Positions 50,839 through 60,027 of a DNA stretch of 63,154 bases are shown here, piece after piece; the stretch's first letter is position 1, and each line of letters begins with the position of its first letter. The position numbers and the translations under genes are program-made. Location: assembly GCA_022565335.1 (NCBI GenBank), contig JAIUMY010000005.1, forward strand, positions 1-63,154, read 5' to 3'. This DNA is from Opitutales bacterium. Lineage in GTDB: Bacteria; Verrucomicrobiota; Verrucomicrobiia; Opitutales; T3Sed10-336. Below the pieces are notes generated by a model, which was not told where the DNA came from, ran no database searches, and saw only the letters and a list, made by a program, of their open reading frames with translations.

Positions 50839-51681
50839 TTAATGCGCATGGCCCTCCCCTTCAGGATGGTTACAGATCAAGCCAATATAAATGGCTACCA
50901 GCATAGTAAAGACAGCCGCCTGAATAAGCCCCACCATCACCTCAAAAAAGTAGAAGGGAATCGGCACGATCCAAGCGATAAAATTGGTCATCTCCACCAG
51001 GAGATTCTCCCCCCCATACATATTGCCATAGAGACGAAGGGAAAGGGAAACGGGTCGAAAGGCGATGGAAATCAGTTCCACCAACCCAACAAAGAGAAAA
51101 ATCGGCACGAGTAAGATGAAAATCGGCGTGCCTGTTGATTTGCGATCTGCTTTGGTCCCGAAGATATCATAGAGCAACATCTTCGGTCCGGCGTAACGAA
51201 TGCAAAAATACAGCCAGGCGACAAAACTGATGAGCGCCAGCGCCAAGGGCAGACTGAGGTCCGTGTTTCCAGGCCGGACCACTTTGACATCCGGCGCGTC
51301 TTTCAAATAAATCGACCCTACCCCGGGAACCAAACCTGACCAATTGTGGAAAAGAATGAAGAGGAAAAAACAAATCAGCAAAGGAAAGACCGGACGCAGG
51401 ACCTTGTCCCCGACAATGGGTCGCAAAACGTTCATCAACCCTTCAATGATCCCTTCAAGCACCGCTTGGCCGCGATGGGGCACCAGCGAGGGCTGACGCA
51501 CCAACAGGCGAAGCACCAATACCAAGAGGAGGGAAAAGACCCAGGCCGTAACGATCGAGGTGGTCACCGGAAGCCCCAGAAACGTCACCGGGTCGGCTTT
51601 CGGCTCGGCTGCCTGAGCCACCGTCGGAAGAAGGAGGCAAACAGCGATGACCAAAAAACTGAGATGAGAAGAGCGGAACAT
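50839..51681 (-). CDS. atpB: ATP synthase subunit a
   Basis: RPVSLSLRLYGN, LIQAAVFTML. Confidence 0.95.
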   Translation of the reverse strand: MFRSSHLSFLVIAVCLLLPTVAQAAEPKADPVTFLGLPVTTSIVTAWVFSLLLVLVLRLLVRQPSLVPHRGQAVLEGIIEGLMNVLRPIVGDKVLRPVFPLLICFFLFILFHNWSGLVPGVGSIYLKDAPDVKVVRPGNTDLSLPLALALISFVAWLYFCIRYAGPKMLLYDIFGTKADRKSTGTPIFILLVPIFLFVGLVELISIAFRPVSLSLRLYGNMYGGENLLVEMTNFIAWIVPIPFYFFEVMVGLIQAAVFTMLVAIYIGLICNHPEGEGHAH

Positions 51682-51988
51682 AGAGAGGGCTTGTGGTAAA
51701 CAAGGGTGTTTCCCAAATGGGAAAAGAATAATTGCTTGGCCCGTACCCCCGTATAGTCAACCTTGAAATGCAAAATGACCCAAATTTCCCCTTTTTTCTG
51801 AGAAAGTCCCCGCTTCCCCAAAAGGAAGGGCGAAGGCGTGTCCCGATAAGCGAAGGTCCCTCTGAGCTTTCGCGGGGGAATTGCCCAATCCTTCCCCAGA
51901 CGCACCCGCCCAACGGGAGAACAACCGCCAACGAACCCGAACCTCAACCCAACCACTCGAGCTCGGAGAGACCCTCGCCCCCCCGGCA

Positions 51989-52025
51989 CCACTCCACGAC
52001 TCCAATACTCCACCACTCCACTCCA
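51989..52025. repeat. 8-nt tandem repeat (NNACTCCA)x4 plus a partial unit
   Basis: CCACTCCA CGACTCCA ATACTCCA CCACTCCA CTCCA. Confidence 0.8.
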
Positions 52026-52052
52026 AGCGAAGCGAAGCAAAGATCCGGCCAT

Positions 52053-52106
52053 CTCGTCACGCCATAGCCCCGAGGGCGACGGCGGAAGCTTCAGCGAAGG
52101 CGGACC
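52053..52106. repeat. REP-like element
   Basis: CTCGTCACGCCATAGCCCCGAGGGCGACGGCGGAAGCTTCAGCGAAGGCGGACC: two nested imperfect palindromes (GCC.TAGC...GCGACGGC; GAAGCTTC-AGCGAAGGCGG). Confidence 0.55.
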
Positions 52107-52706
52107 CTACGCCCCCGCCTCGTCGAGGAGGCGCAGCGTTTCCCTCAGGGGCAAGCCCATTATATTGAAAAAGGATCCCCGCCAACCCGCCAGGATCTGC
52201 TCCCGCCCCTCCTGAATTCCATAGGCCCCCGCCTTGTCCAGGGGATTCACGAGATCATGGTAGGCCCGCGCCACCACCTCATCGAAACTTTTGAAAATCA
52301 CCTCGCTGCGCGCCACCGCCTCACGGGATACCAGAGCACCATCTGTTCCATGATAGGTTACCACCACCCCGGTGAAGACCTCATGGGTTCGTCCCGCCAG
52401 ACTCAAAAGCATCGCCAATGCTTCCTCGCGGCTTCCGGGTTTGTTCAGAATCCTCCCGCCCTCGGCTACAACCGTATCGGCGGCCAACACCACCGCGCCC
52501 CGATTCTCTTCCCACACCGCCCGGGCCTTTTTCCTCCCATTGAGCAAGGTGAGCTCAGAGGGCGTTTCCGCCGAACGAGCTTCCTCCACTGCCGGCGAAA
52601 TCACCTGGAAGGTTTTTCCCAAACGGGCCAGAATTTGTTGCCGCCGGGGAGAGCCGGAGCCAAGTATAAGGGGTTTTCGCGTATCACGATGAATTTTCTC
52701 TTTCAT
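52107..52706 (-). CDS. maf: Maf-family nucleotide pyrophosphatase
   Basis: LILGSGSPRR, ADTVV, ILNKP, DKAGAYGIQ, NIMGLP. Confidence 0.92.
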   Translation of the reverse strand: MKEKIHRDTRKPLILGSGSPRRQQILARLGKTFQVISPAVEEARSAETPSELTLLNGRKKARAVWEENRGAVVLAADTVVAEGGRILNKPGSREEALAMLLSLAGRTHEVFTGVVVTYHGTDGALVSREAVARSEVIFKSFDEVVARAYHDLVNPLDKAGAYGIQEGREQILAGWRGSFFNIMGLPLRETLRLLDEAGA

Positions 52707-52736
52707 AAAACAAACTGACGGGGCCAATTCCCCACC

Positions 52737-53840
52737 ATGACCAAATTCACCGCCCAGGCAAACTCTTCTCCTTCCCCAAGGAAAATCATTCATATCGATA
52801 TGGATTGTTTCTACGCGGCCATCGAATGCCGCGACGACCCCAGTGTCGCCCACCTTCCGGTCGGCGTCGGCGGGGAAAGCGGCAGGGGCGTCCTGACCAC
52901 CTGCAACTACCGCGCCCGGAAATTCGGTTGCCACTCCGCCATGCCGGTTTTCAAAGCCCGACAACTTTGCCCCCAAATCATTCTCAAACCGGTCCGCTTC
53001 GAAGCCTATCGCGCCGAGGCCCGAAAAATCCGGGCAATCTTCGCCCGCTACACCAAAATCATCGAACCGCTCTCCCTGGACGAAGCTTTTCTGGATGTCA
53101 CCGGTCATCGGGAGTTCGCCTGGAAAATCGCCCACCAAATTCGGCAGGCCATCCGCGAAGAAACCGGCCTAACCGCCAGCGCCGGCATTGCCTCCAACAA
53201 AATGCTGGCCAAAATCGCCAGCGATTGGCGCAAACCGGATGGCCAGTTCGCCGTCCTCCCCAAGGACATCGTCACGTTCATGAAAGATCTGCCGGTCCGC
53301 AAACTTTGGGGAATCGGCCCCAAAAGCGCCGCGCTTTTGGAAGAACAAGGGGTCCATACCTGCGGCGATCTGCAAAAATGGCCAATTCCCCGCCTCATTG
53401 GCGTTTTTGGACAAAAATGGGGAATCACCCTACACGAACTGGCCCGGGGAAAGGATGAGCGTCCGGTAGAGATCCACCGCCCCCGAAAATCTCTTTCCAC
53501 CGAAATGACCCTGCCCAAAAATCTGGAAACCTTCGAAGAGTGCGAGGCCCTCCTGCCGGAATTACTCGAAACCCTGGAAGAGGACATGACCCGCATGATT
53601 GACGGAAAACCATTTCGAAAGATTTTTCTCAAACTGAAATTTGCCGACTTCCGCACCACCACCTGCGAAAGGCCGGCGACCACCCTGGACCGCAGCGCCT
53701 TCGCCGATCTCCTGCGGGAAGCCTTTGGCCGCCACGCTGAGGCGGTCCGCTTGGTTGGCCTGGGGGTTCGCTTTCCCGAAGCGGTCGAGGTGCCGGAGCG
53801 GCAATTGGTTTTCCCTTTTTTTGATAAGAATAAATCATAA
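52737..53840 (+). CDS. dinB: DNA polymerase IV
   Basis: IHIDMDCFYAAIE, NYRAR, SLDEAFLD, KIASDWRKPDG, RLVGL. Confidence 0.95.
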   Translation: MTKFTAQANSSPSPRKIIHIDMDCFYAAIECRDDPSVAHLPVGVGGESGRGVLTTCNYRARKFGCHSAMPVFKARQLCPQIILKPVRFEAYRAEARKIRAIFARYTKIIEPLSLDEAFLDVTGHREFAWKIAHQIRQAIREETGLTASAGIASNKMLAKIASDWRKPDGQFAVLPKDIVTFMKDLPVRKLWGIGPKSAALLEEQGVHTCGDLQKWPIPRLIGVFGQKWGITLHELARGKDERPVEIHRPRKSLSTEMTLPKNLETFEECEALLPELLETLEEDMTRMIDGKPFRKIFLKLKFADFRTTTCERPATTLDRSAFADLLREAFGRHAEAVRLVGLGVRFPEAVEVPERQLVFPFFDKNKS

Positions 53841-53920
53841 TAAAGCGAGTTTTGCATCAGTTTTATTCTTTCTTTACGGGGTTTACCAAGTTTTAATATT
53901 TGTACAACCCATCTATAACA

Positions 53921-54796
53921 ATGACTGACAAACCGACCCCTCCACCCGTTGATAACGAACCGGCCGTAGAGAAACTCTCTTTAGGACCGGATTTCGCGGT
54001 CCAGCTCATCGACCGCTTATTGGGCCTTCTAGGCAAATTTCTGACCGTTTCCCTCTTTCATCAACTACGCGATTTTTCCGGAAAAATCGCCCACTGGGCC
54101 GTCTTGGTCTTTGCCGCTCTGGCTATCATAAGTTCGCTTCTTGCCGCGGTCAAAATGGATTCCTTCGCTCTTTTTGCCGGAGGGTTTGGTCTGCTTGTCG
54201 CAATAATTGTGCTCCAGTACACCTCCGCCAAATTTCTCTATGCGGGCACCAGTCTTATTCGCAGCACACCGACGGGGCTTTCCTCCAAAGCCTTTACCGA
54301 CTGCTTCGCGCTGGTCTTTCTTTTGGCCGCTTTGGGCTCCTTGTTCGGGGGGATCTCCAGTGCTTTTGCAGCGGACGGGCTGGGCCCGGTTATCGCCTTG
54401 GGCGGAGTCGTCGGCTTTGTGGGCTTCGGCCTTCTCTGCTGGCTGTGCCTCCAACCAGAGATCACCAACACCAAGATCGGCAAGGAAGTTTCATCCGGGG
54501 AGGAGGCCATTGGCATCGTTTCCTTCCTTATCAAAGGCCTTCTGGCCCTGGTCCCCTTTATCTTTACCGCACTGGTCACCTTAGGTTCGGTCGCTCTTCT
54601 TCTATATTCCTTTCTCAACCCCGGCGCTTCAAACTTTAGAGAACACGCCGCCGCCGATGCCTATGGCTTGATTGGGGTCCAACTTGGAGTAGGTGGACTG
54701 CTTTTGCCCTTTGTCTCGGTCCTGCTTTTCCTTCTGATCTACCTGATTATCGATATCGTTCGCTCGGTACTGACCATTCCGCACCTCAAAAAATAA
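53921..54796 (+). CDS. Multi-pass membrane hypothetical protein
   Basis: About 6-7 hydrophobic segments. Confidence 0.7.
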   Translation: MTDKPTPPPVDNEPAVEKLSLGPDFAVQLIDRLLGLLGKFLTVSLFHQLRDFSGKIAHWAVLVFAALAIISSLLAAVKMDSFALFAGGFGLLVAIIVLQYTSAKFLYAGTSLIRSTPTGLSSKAFTDCFALVFLLAALGSLFGGISSAFAADGLGPVIALGGVVGFVGFGLLCWLCLQPEITNTKIGKEVSSGEEAIGIVSFLIKGLLALVPFIFTALVTLGSVALLLYSFLNPGASNFREHAAADAYGLIGVQLGVGGLLLPFVSVLLFLLIYLIIDIVRSVLTIPHLKK

Positions 54797-54822
54797 TCTT
54801 TGATGCGGCCTTTAGCCTCCCT

Positions 54823-54851
54823 GGCGGTAGTCTTTGGCTACCGCCTTTTTT
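54823..54851 (+). terminator. Intrinsic terminator
   Basis: GGCGGTAGTC-TTT-GGCTACCGCC followed by TTTTTT. Confidence 0.8.
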
Positions 54852-54898
54852 ATCCGGAAAAGATTTACAGCAAGCGCATCCTGGTTTGTCATTAAAGT

Positions 54899-56053
54899 AT
54901 GAGCATAAACCAACGCCTTTGCGAAACCCCGTCCAACGAAGCCGATTCGATTCGGATTTTCCGTCAGAAATTGCAAACCACCCCTCCCCGCTGGAAAGGG
55001 GTTTGCGGCTTTGATGGTTTCATCGACACCTTTATCCGCTTGGAAGCCCCCGCCTCGATGGCCGAATTCGGTCCCAAGGTGGCCGCCGCCGCCGGCATCG
55101 CCGCCTCCTACCCGGCCCAACACCTGGGGGACAAATTCGGAGGCAACGGTCCCCTCCTCCTGTCCGGGCTTCATGGTCTGCTAAACGGGGAAATTGATCT
55201 CACCTACATTGGCGCCCTCGGCGACCCCGAACCCTTGCCGATCTTCGCCGAAGCCCTGCAGGACAAAACCGCCCACCTATACACTCTCGCCGAACCGGCC
55301 CACAGCGACTGCCTGGAATTTACTGACGGCAAAGTAATGCTCAGCGATCTGCGAGCCTGCGCCGACGTGACCTGGGAACGAATTCTCGAGAAAGTCGGAG
55401 AGGAAACTCTCTCCCAACGGCTCGCCGAAGCGGACTTCATCGGCGCCGTCAATTGGGGAAAACTCATCCATGTGGGGTCCGTATGGGAAGGCTTTGCCGA
55501 AAAACTCGCTGCCCTGGGCCGGCCCGCCAAGGAGGTTCCCTTTTTCATGGATTTGGCCGAATTCGAACAGCGCCCCATGGAAGACCGTCAAGAACTGATT
55601 GCTCTGGTCGAGCGGATCACCGGGCAATGCACCACCATGCTCAGCATGAACCTCAAGGAGGCCTGGCAAATGGCCGATTCCTTTGACGGCGATTTTCACG
55701 GAGCCAAAGAACCCCAAGCCGTAGCCGCATTGGCCGCCTTTCTCAAAGAGCATATTAAGGTCGATAAAATCATTATCCACCCCAATAACGGTGCGGTTTG
55801 CGCCGATGACAACGAAGCCGTCTGGGTGTCCGGACCCTTCTGTAAGGAGCCCTTGGTATCCACCGGAGCGGGCGATCATTTCGGTGCCGGCTGCCTGATT
55901 GGTTCCCTGCTGGGCCTCGACAATTTCGGTATCGCCCTCCTCGGAGTATGCACCAGTGGCTATTTTGTCCGTACCGGCGAGGCCCCGGACTTTCCCAAGA
56001 TTCTGGCCCTACTGGAACGCTGGATGGCGGGTGATTTGCCCGAAAGATTGTAG
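54899..56053 (+). CDS. PfkB/ribokinase-superfamily carbohydrate kinase
   Basis: KFGGNG; C-terminal STGAGDHFGAG anion-hole motif. Confidence 0.75.
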   Translation: MSINQRLCETPSNEADSIRIFRQKLQTTPPRWKGVCGFDGFIDTFIRLEAPASMAEFGPKVAAAAGIAASYPAQHLGDKFGGNGPLLLSGLHGLLNGEIDLTYIGALGDPEPLPIFAEALQDKTAHLYTLAEPAHSDCLEFTDGKVMLSDLRACADVTWERILEKVGEETLSQRLAEADFIGAVNWGKLIHVGSVWEGFAEKLAALGRPAKEVPFFMDLAEFEQRPMEDRQELIALVERITGQCTTMLSMNLKEAWQMADSFDGDFHGAKEPQAVAALAAFLKEHIKVDKIIIHPNNGAVCADDNEAVWVSGPFCKEPLVSTGAGDHFGAGCLIGSLLGLDNFGIALLGVCTSGYFVRTGEAPDFPKILALLERWMAGDLPERL

Positions 56054-56085
56054 ATTCCCCCGGCCACCCTGACGGGCAATAGCCC

Positions 56086-56475
56086 CTATCCTTCCTCCTC
56101 GTCGGTAGAGATCATCCAATCCTCGTAATCCGCCGCCTCATACAGAACCTCCCCCTCCTCCAAAACCATTTCCAGCCACTTGGTGTTGGTCTCCCGCCGG
56201 GAAACAATTTGCTCAGGATTGCCCACCAGCATTTGCAGGGGAAACTCCTTGCCGAATTCCTTTTGCAGCTTTTGCGCCCGTGCAAAGCCCTCCGGAGGAG
56301 TTTCCTCCCGCGCAATGACCAAGATGAAAACATCCGCCTCCAATACCTCCGACGCAAAATCCTGCGCCTCGTCCGCTTCAAAAGCATACGGCCCGGCCAG
56401 CAAAATACGCAGCGGATTCATCGCCTCCAGCAAGGCATGGCTCAACTCTTCAATTTGTTCTCGTGCGTCGTCCAT
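56086..56475 (-). CDS. Minimal nucleotidyltransferase (MNT)-like protein with degenerate motifs
   Basis: PLRILLAGPYA...EADVFILVI...VLEEGEVLYE has the MNT fold pattern. Confidence 0.6.
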   Translation of the reverse strand: MDDAREQIEELSHALLEAMNPLRILLAGPYAFEADEAQDFASEVLEADVFILVIAREETPPEGFARAQKLQKEFGKEFPLQMLVGNPEQIVSRRETNTKWLEMVLEEGEVLYEAADYEDWMISTDEEEG

Positions 56476-56575
56476 GGTTCCACTGTAGCACCATCTTTTG
56501 CCCATGCCATGAAAATTTTCGGAAAAGGCTATTGACGGAACTTCGGAAATATCTTCAGCTATTTCTTTCCACCAC

Positions 56576-56651
<76 letters not shown>

Positions 56652-56691
56652 TCTTAATGAAATTCAGGGTGGTCCCGGAAGCCTCATGCTC

Positions 56692-56794
56692 TCCCGCCTT
56701 CGCTCAGTTGGTGAGTCCCGCAAGGCGGGAAAAATCCTTGTGTCCCCGGTTCGATTCCGGGTCTCGCCACCATCTTAATGAAATTCAGGGTGGT
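56692..56794 (+). repeat. tRNA-Phe-derived chimeric duplicate
   Basis: 56731-56794 is an exact 64-bp copy of 56610-56673; the D-arm fragment GCTCAGTTGGT recurs at 56702. Confidence 0.85.
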
Positions 56795-56953
56795 TACGAA
56801 GGAAGAAGCCTGTAAGAAGTGCCAACCACTCTTCCGGGATTCCTGGGCCACCGGCACCTTGAACTGCGGCAAGCGCTTCGCTTGTTTCCCTCGCGTTGCT
56901 CGGCGGGATTTCGCAAGCTCAACCTGTTTTCCCTGCGCGGAACCCTCCCAACC

Positions 56954-57772
56954 CTAAACCACCGGGCAATCCACCAGGGTTTTGATTTTCCCCTGCCCCA
57001 CCTCGCAGGGACGAAGAACCAATTCCCGAAACTTGTATCCCGGACGGCAATACCGACACCAAATATGATACCATTGCTCCTTCCACTGGAAAAAGCTCCC
57101 GTGGGCATACTCACTTAACCCTTCGCCCTCCGCCACCGGCCCAACCGAATCATAAGGACCGCCCAAACAATCCGAAACGGCGTAATCACGACCCCAACTT
57201 AGATAATAAATCCCCTCATGGCAAAACAGGTAATTCTTGTCCATCCACGGCGGAGCCTCCTCCCATTCCCGCCCCCGGATCGTTATCGGCTTGGGATCTT
57301 CCGCCAACCCCATCATATCCGAACGCAAACGGGCCAACGTATACCCTCCCCTTTCCTTACTGCCACTCACCAACCAAACGGCATCCCTCTCCACCAAGAC
57401 GGTGGGATCATGAGATTTCTTCAGCAAGGGTCTTCCCACCGGATCGCGGAACGGCCCTTCCGGGCGATCCGCCACCATTACCCCAATACTGCGGCTGCGG
57501 TCCGAGAAATAAAAATAGTACCGTCCCTCCCGTTCCGCCACGTCCCCGGCCCAACAATCAGAACTGCCCTCTCCCATATATGAATCGCGAGGCAGAATTT
57601 CCCCTTCAGACCGCCAGTTTTTTAAATCCACCGAAGAAAAAATTCTCCACCGCCGCATCACCCAATCACGGTCCCCGGGATCGTCGTCGGTGCCGGTATA
57701 GAGGTACACCCGACCCTGAAAAACCCGCACATGAGGATCAGATAAGCCCGAAGCCGACGCAAAAGGATTCAT
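56954..57772 (-). CDS. Glycoside hydrolase family 43
   Basis: SDPHV, WAGD, GPFRDP, HDPTV, YYLSW, AHGSFF. Confidence 0.85.
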   Translation of the reverse strand: MNPFASASGLSDPHVRVFQGRVYLYTGTDDDPGDRDWVMRRWRIFSSVDLKNWRSEGEILPRDSYMGEGSSDCWAGDVAEREGRYYFYFSDRSRSIGVMVADRPEGPFRDPVGRPLLKKSHDPTVLVERDAVWLVSGSKERGGYTLARLRSDMMGLAEDPKPITIRGREWEEAPPWMDKNYLFCHEGIYYLSWGRDYAVSDCLGGPYDSVGPVAEGEGLSEYAHGSFFQWKEQWYHIWCRYCRPGYKFRELVLRPCEVGQGKIKTLVDCPVV

Positions 57773-57904
57773 GGAAAAACCTTCGCAACGATTCACCTTT
57801 CCTGTCCAGCCCAATCGCACCAAACCAGATAGAACCGTTCCGCTTTTTGTTTGACGACCTCCCTTCCCTGTCTTGCAATAGTCATCTAACCAACCGGTAA
57901 CGCC

Positions 57905-58618
57905 ATGGACCTAGACTCAATTAAAAAATCCTACCGTTTTTACGCGCCCTTCTACAATTTGGTCTTTGGCCATCGAATCAATTCCGGGCGGAAAAAAGTC
58001 GTCCGGTTGCTCGATCAAAAGCCCGGCTTGCGGGTTCTCGAAATCGGTGTAGGCACTGGCCTCTCCGTTCCTTATTACGATCGCACCGTCGAAATCACCG
58101 GGATTGATGTCAGCACCGAGATGCTCGACGTAGCCCGCAAAAAATACCCCCAGGACAAATTTCCCCAAGTTAAGGAATTCCTCGAAATGGACGCCCAGGA
58201 TTTGCAATTCCCCGATGGCTCCTTTGAGGTGGTCGTGGCCATGTTGGTGGTTTCGGTCGTTCCTGATCCGGAAAAAATGCTTGCCGAGATGGCCCGGGTC
58301 TGTGCGCCAGGAGGCAAAATCATTGTACTCAACCACTTTGCCTCCCAAAAAGGCCCGATGAAAAGAATTGAAAACCTCATCGCTCCCCTTTCCCGCCGCA
58401 TTGGTTTCCGTCCCGATTTCTGCCTCAAAACCTTCCTTACCCTAACCGACCGCAAATTAATTGGCGTCCACAAAGGAGCGATTAACGGCATGTGGAAAAT
58501 GATCGAATTTGAAAACACCCCCTGCCCGAAGAAAGAGCAAGAGGAAAGAGCCAAAGGCAATTCCGAAGGAACCGATGAAGAGCCAACCCCTTCAGAGATT
58601 TCCCTGGGCGCTAAATAA
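57905..58618 (+). CDS. pmtA: Class I SAM methyltransferase, phosphatidylethanolamine N-methyltransferase (PmtA)-like
   Basis: YAPFYNLVFG, LEIGVGTGLS, MDAQ, VVSVVPDP, LNHF. Confidence 0.7.
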   Translation: MDLDSIKKSYRFYAPFYNLVFGHRINSGRKKVVRLLDQKPGLRVLEIGVGTGLSVPYYDRTVEITGIDVSTEMLDVARKKYPQDKFPQVKEFLEMDAQDLQFPDGSFEVVVAMLVVSVVPDPEKMLAEMARVCAPGGKIIVLNHFASQKGPMKRIENLIAPLSRRIGFRPDFCLKTFLTLTDRKLIGVHKGAINGMWKMIEFENTPCPKKEQEERAKGNSEGTDEEPTPSEISLGAK

Positions 58619-58686
58619 TTCCTTGAATCGTTCCCTGCCCTTGACATTGAACATTACAAAGGCCATAACAACAAAACACCATGCAT

Positions 58687-58763
58687 CGGGGCGTAGCTTA
58701 GCCTGGTAGAGCGCCTGCTTTGGGAGCAGGAGATCGGCGGTTCAAATCCGTCCGCCCCGACCA
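58687..58763 (+). tRNA. tRNA-Pro (TGG)
   Basis: 77-nt cloverleaf; anticodon loop TT-TGG-GA; encoded CCA; TTGACA at 58641. Confidence 0.96.
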
Positions 58764-58827
58764 TTTTATTTTCCCACAAAAACCCGCTCGCTCTGGGATC
58801 CCCCAGGCTCTGCTGAGCAAACTTCGC

Positions 58828-59901
58828 CTACGGACGTGGATCCATTTCTTGGTCGTAATTGAATGATTGAAGAATTTTTCCTTCTTTCCAGTAGGCATAA
58901 GAGTTTGCATGAAAAGGATCACCAAAGCTGTTGGAAGACAAATCGGGCAAATGAAGAACAACCCCTCCTCCCATAAGTCGCAAGGCTCCGCCAGTCAGAA
59001 AAAAGAGTTCTTCCCCCTGGGGATTGATGACTATCCACGATTCGCCGTTGAAGTACGCTGAAGAGTCACCGCTAAATGGCAAAGCCCTAAGGCCCTCCTT
59101 GTGAAAAAGTTTTCGGCCCTTGGCGTCATAAAATTTGATGCGGTTACGACTCTGATAGGAAATCCCGATTCCCTCGGAAAACCCCAGAGGTATCGTAAAC
59201 GACGAACTCGGTTCAATGACCATGACCCCCTCTTTATCAATGTATCCATGCTCTCCCTCTTTCCAGACAGGAGCCAATCCCCCGGAAAACTCCCCTGCAA
59301 ATTTCCCATCCACGGCAAAGGTCTCGCCTTCCGGATCCAAAAACTTGTAGCCATCACCAATCGGCATAATTTCATTTAACCAATAATCAGGTTTTCCCTC
59401 ATAGACCAAAGCCCTTTCTTCATGGAAAGAAAAGGCCTCCGTGTATTTCGGAGGAATAAGGATCTCTCCAAAACGATCGGAAAAGCCCCAAAGCCCTTCT
59501 GCTGTTTTTTGGTACGGGAAGAGCCCGTTCCTGCAGGATCCAACGGTTGCGTACTCGCCGATAATTTCCTTATTTCGCACATCCAAGACCCTGACCCGCC
59601 CCCGGCGATCAGTGATCCCTACCAAGTCACAGCCCATGTTTTGCAACTGCGAATACCTCACCTGATGAAGCAACTCTCCCTTTACATCAATGACTCCCGT
59701 TTTCTCCTTTCCGATAGAAACAATTGCCAATCCATCCACAAAAGCCTCAACTCGCTGAAACTCCGGCTCAATCACGAATTCTCCGGTTACGTCGATGTAC
59801 CCCCACTTATCGCCATCTACCGTTGCCGGAAAAAATTCTGAACTCAGCAGTAAAGGAGCGAGAGCAATGCTTAGAAAAGTCAGTGAATATTTAATCATCA
59901 T
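58828..59901 (-). CDS. WG-repeat-containing exported protein
   Basis: KWGYID...FVIEP..F.DGLA, LWGFSD, HGYIDKEG, FSEG repeats. Confidence 0.85.
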   Translation of the reverse strand: MMIKYSLTFLSIALAPLLLSSEFFPATVDGDKWGYIDVTGEFVIEPEFQRVEAFVDGLAIVSIGKEKTGVIDVKGELLHQVRYSQLQNMGCDLVGITDRRGRVRVLDVRNKEIIGEYATVGSCRNGLFPYQKTAEGLWGFSDRFGEILIPPKYTEAFSFHEERALVYEGKPDYWLNEIMPIGDGYKFLDPEGETFAVDGKFAGEFSGGLAPVWKEGEHGYIDKEGVMVIEPSSSFTIPLGFSEGIGISYQSRNRIKFYDAKGRKLFHKEGLRALPFSGDSSAYFNGESWIVINPQGEELFFLTGGALRLMGGGVVLHLPDLSSNSFGDPFHANSYAYWKEGKILQSFNYDQEMDPRP

Positions 59902-60027
59902 CTTGGCTTGCCTCCTGAGACCAGGGTACGATGCTCGTCAATCCAGCGCATTCTTTAATGGTTGAATTGTTTTTCTCTTAGGAACCTTTATTCAATTAGC
60001 CTAGGAAACCTGAAAATCCTATCCGCT

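Noticed and set aside
51989-52025. CRISPR or guide-RNA array
   Set aside because: Units are 8 nt with no spacers and no cas genes; no repeat-spacer array was seen anywhere in the window.
52707-53138. N-terminal extension of Maf (343-aa ORF)
   Set aside because: It is the antisense shadow of dinB; Maf motifs begin after the ATG at 52706.
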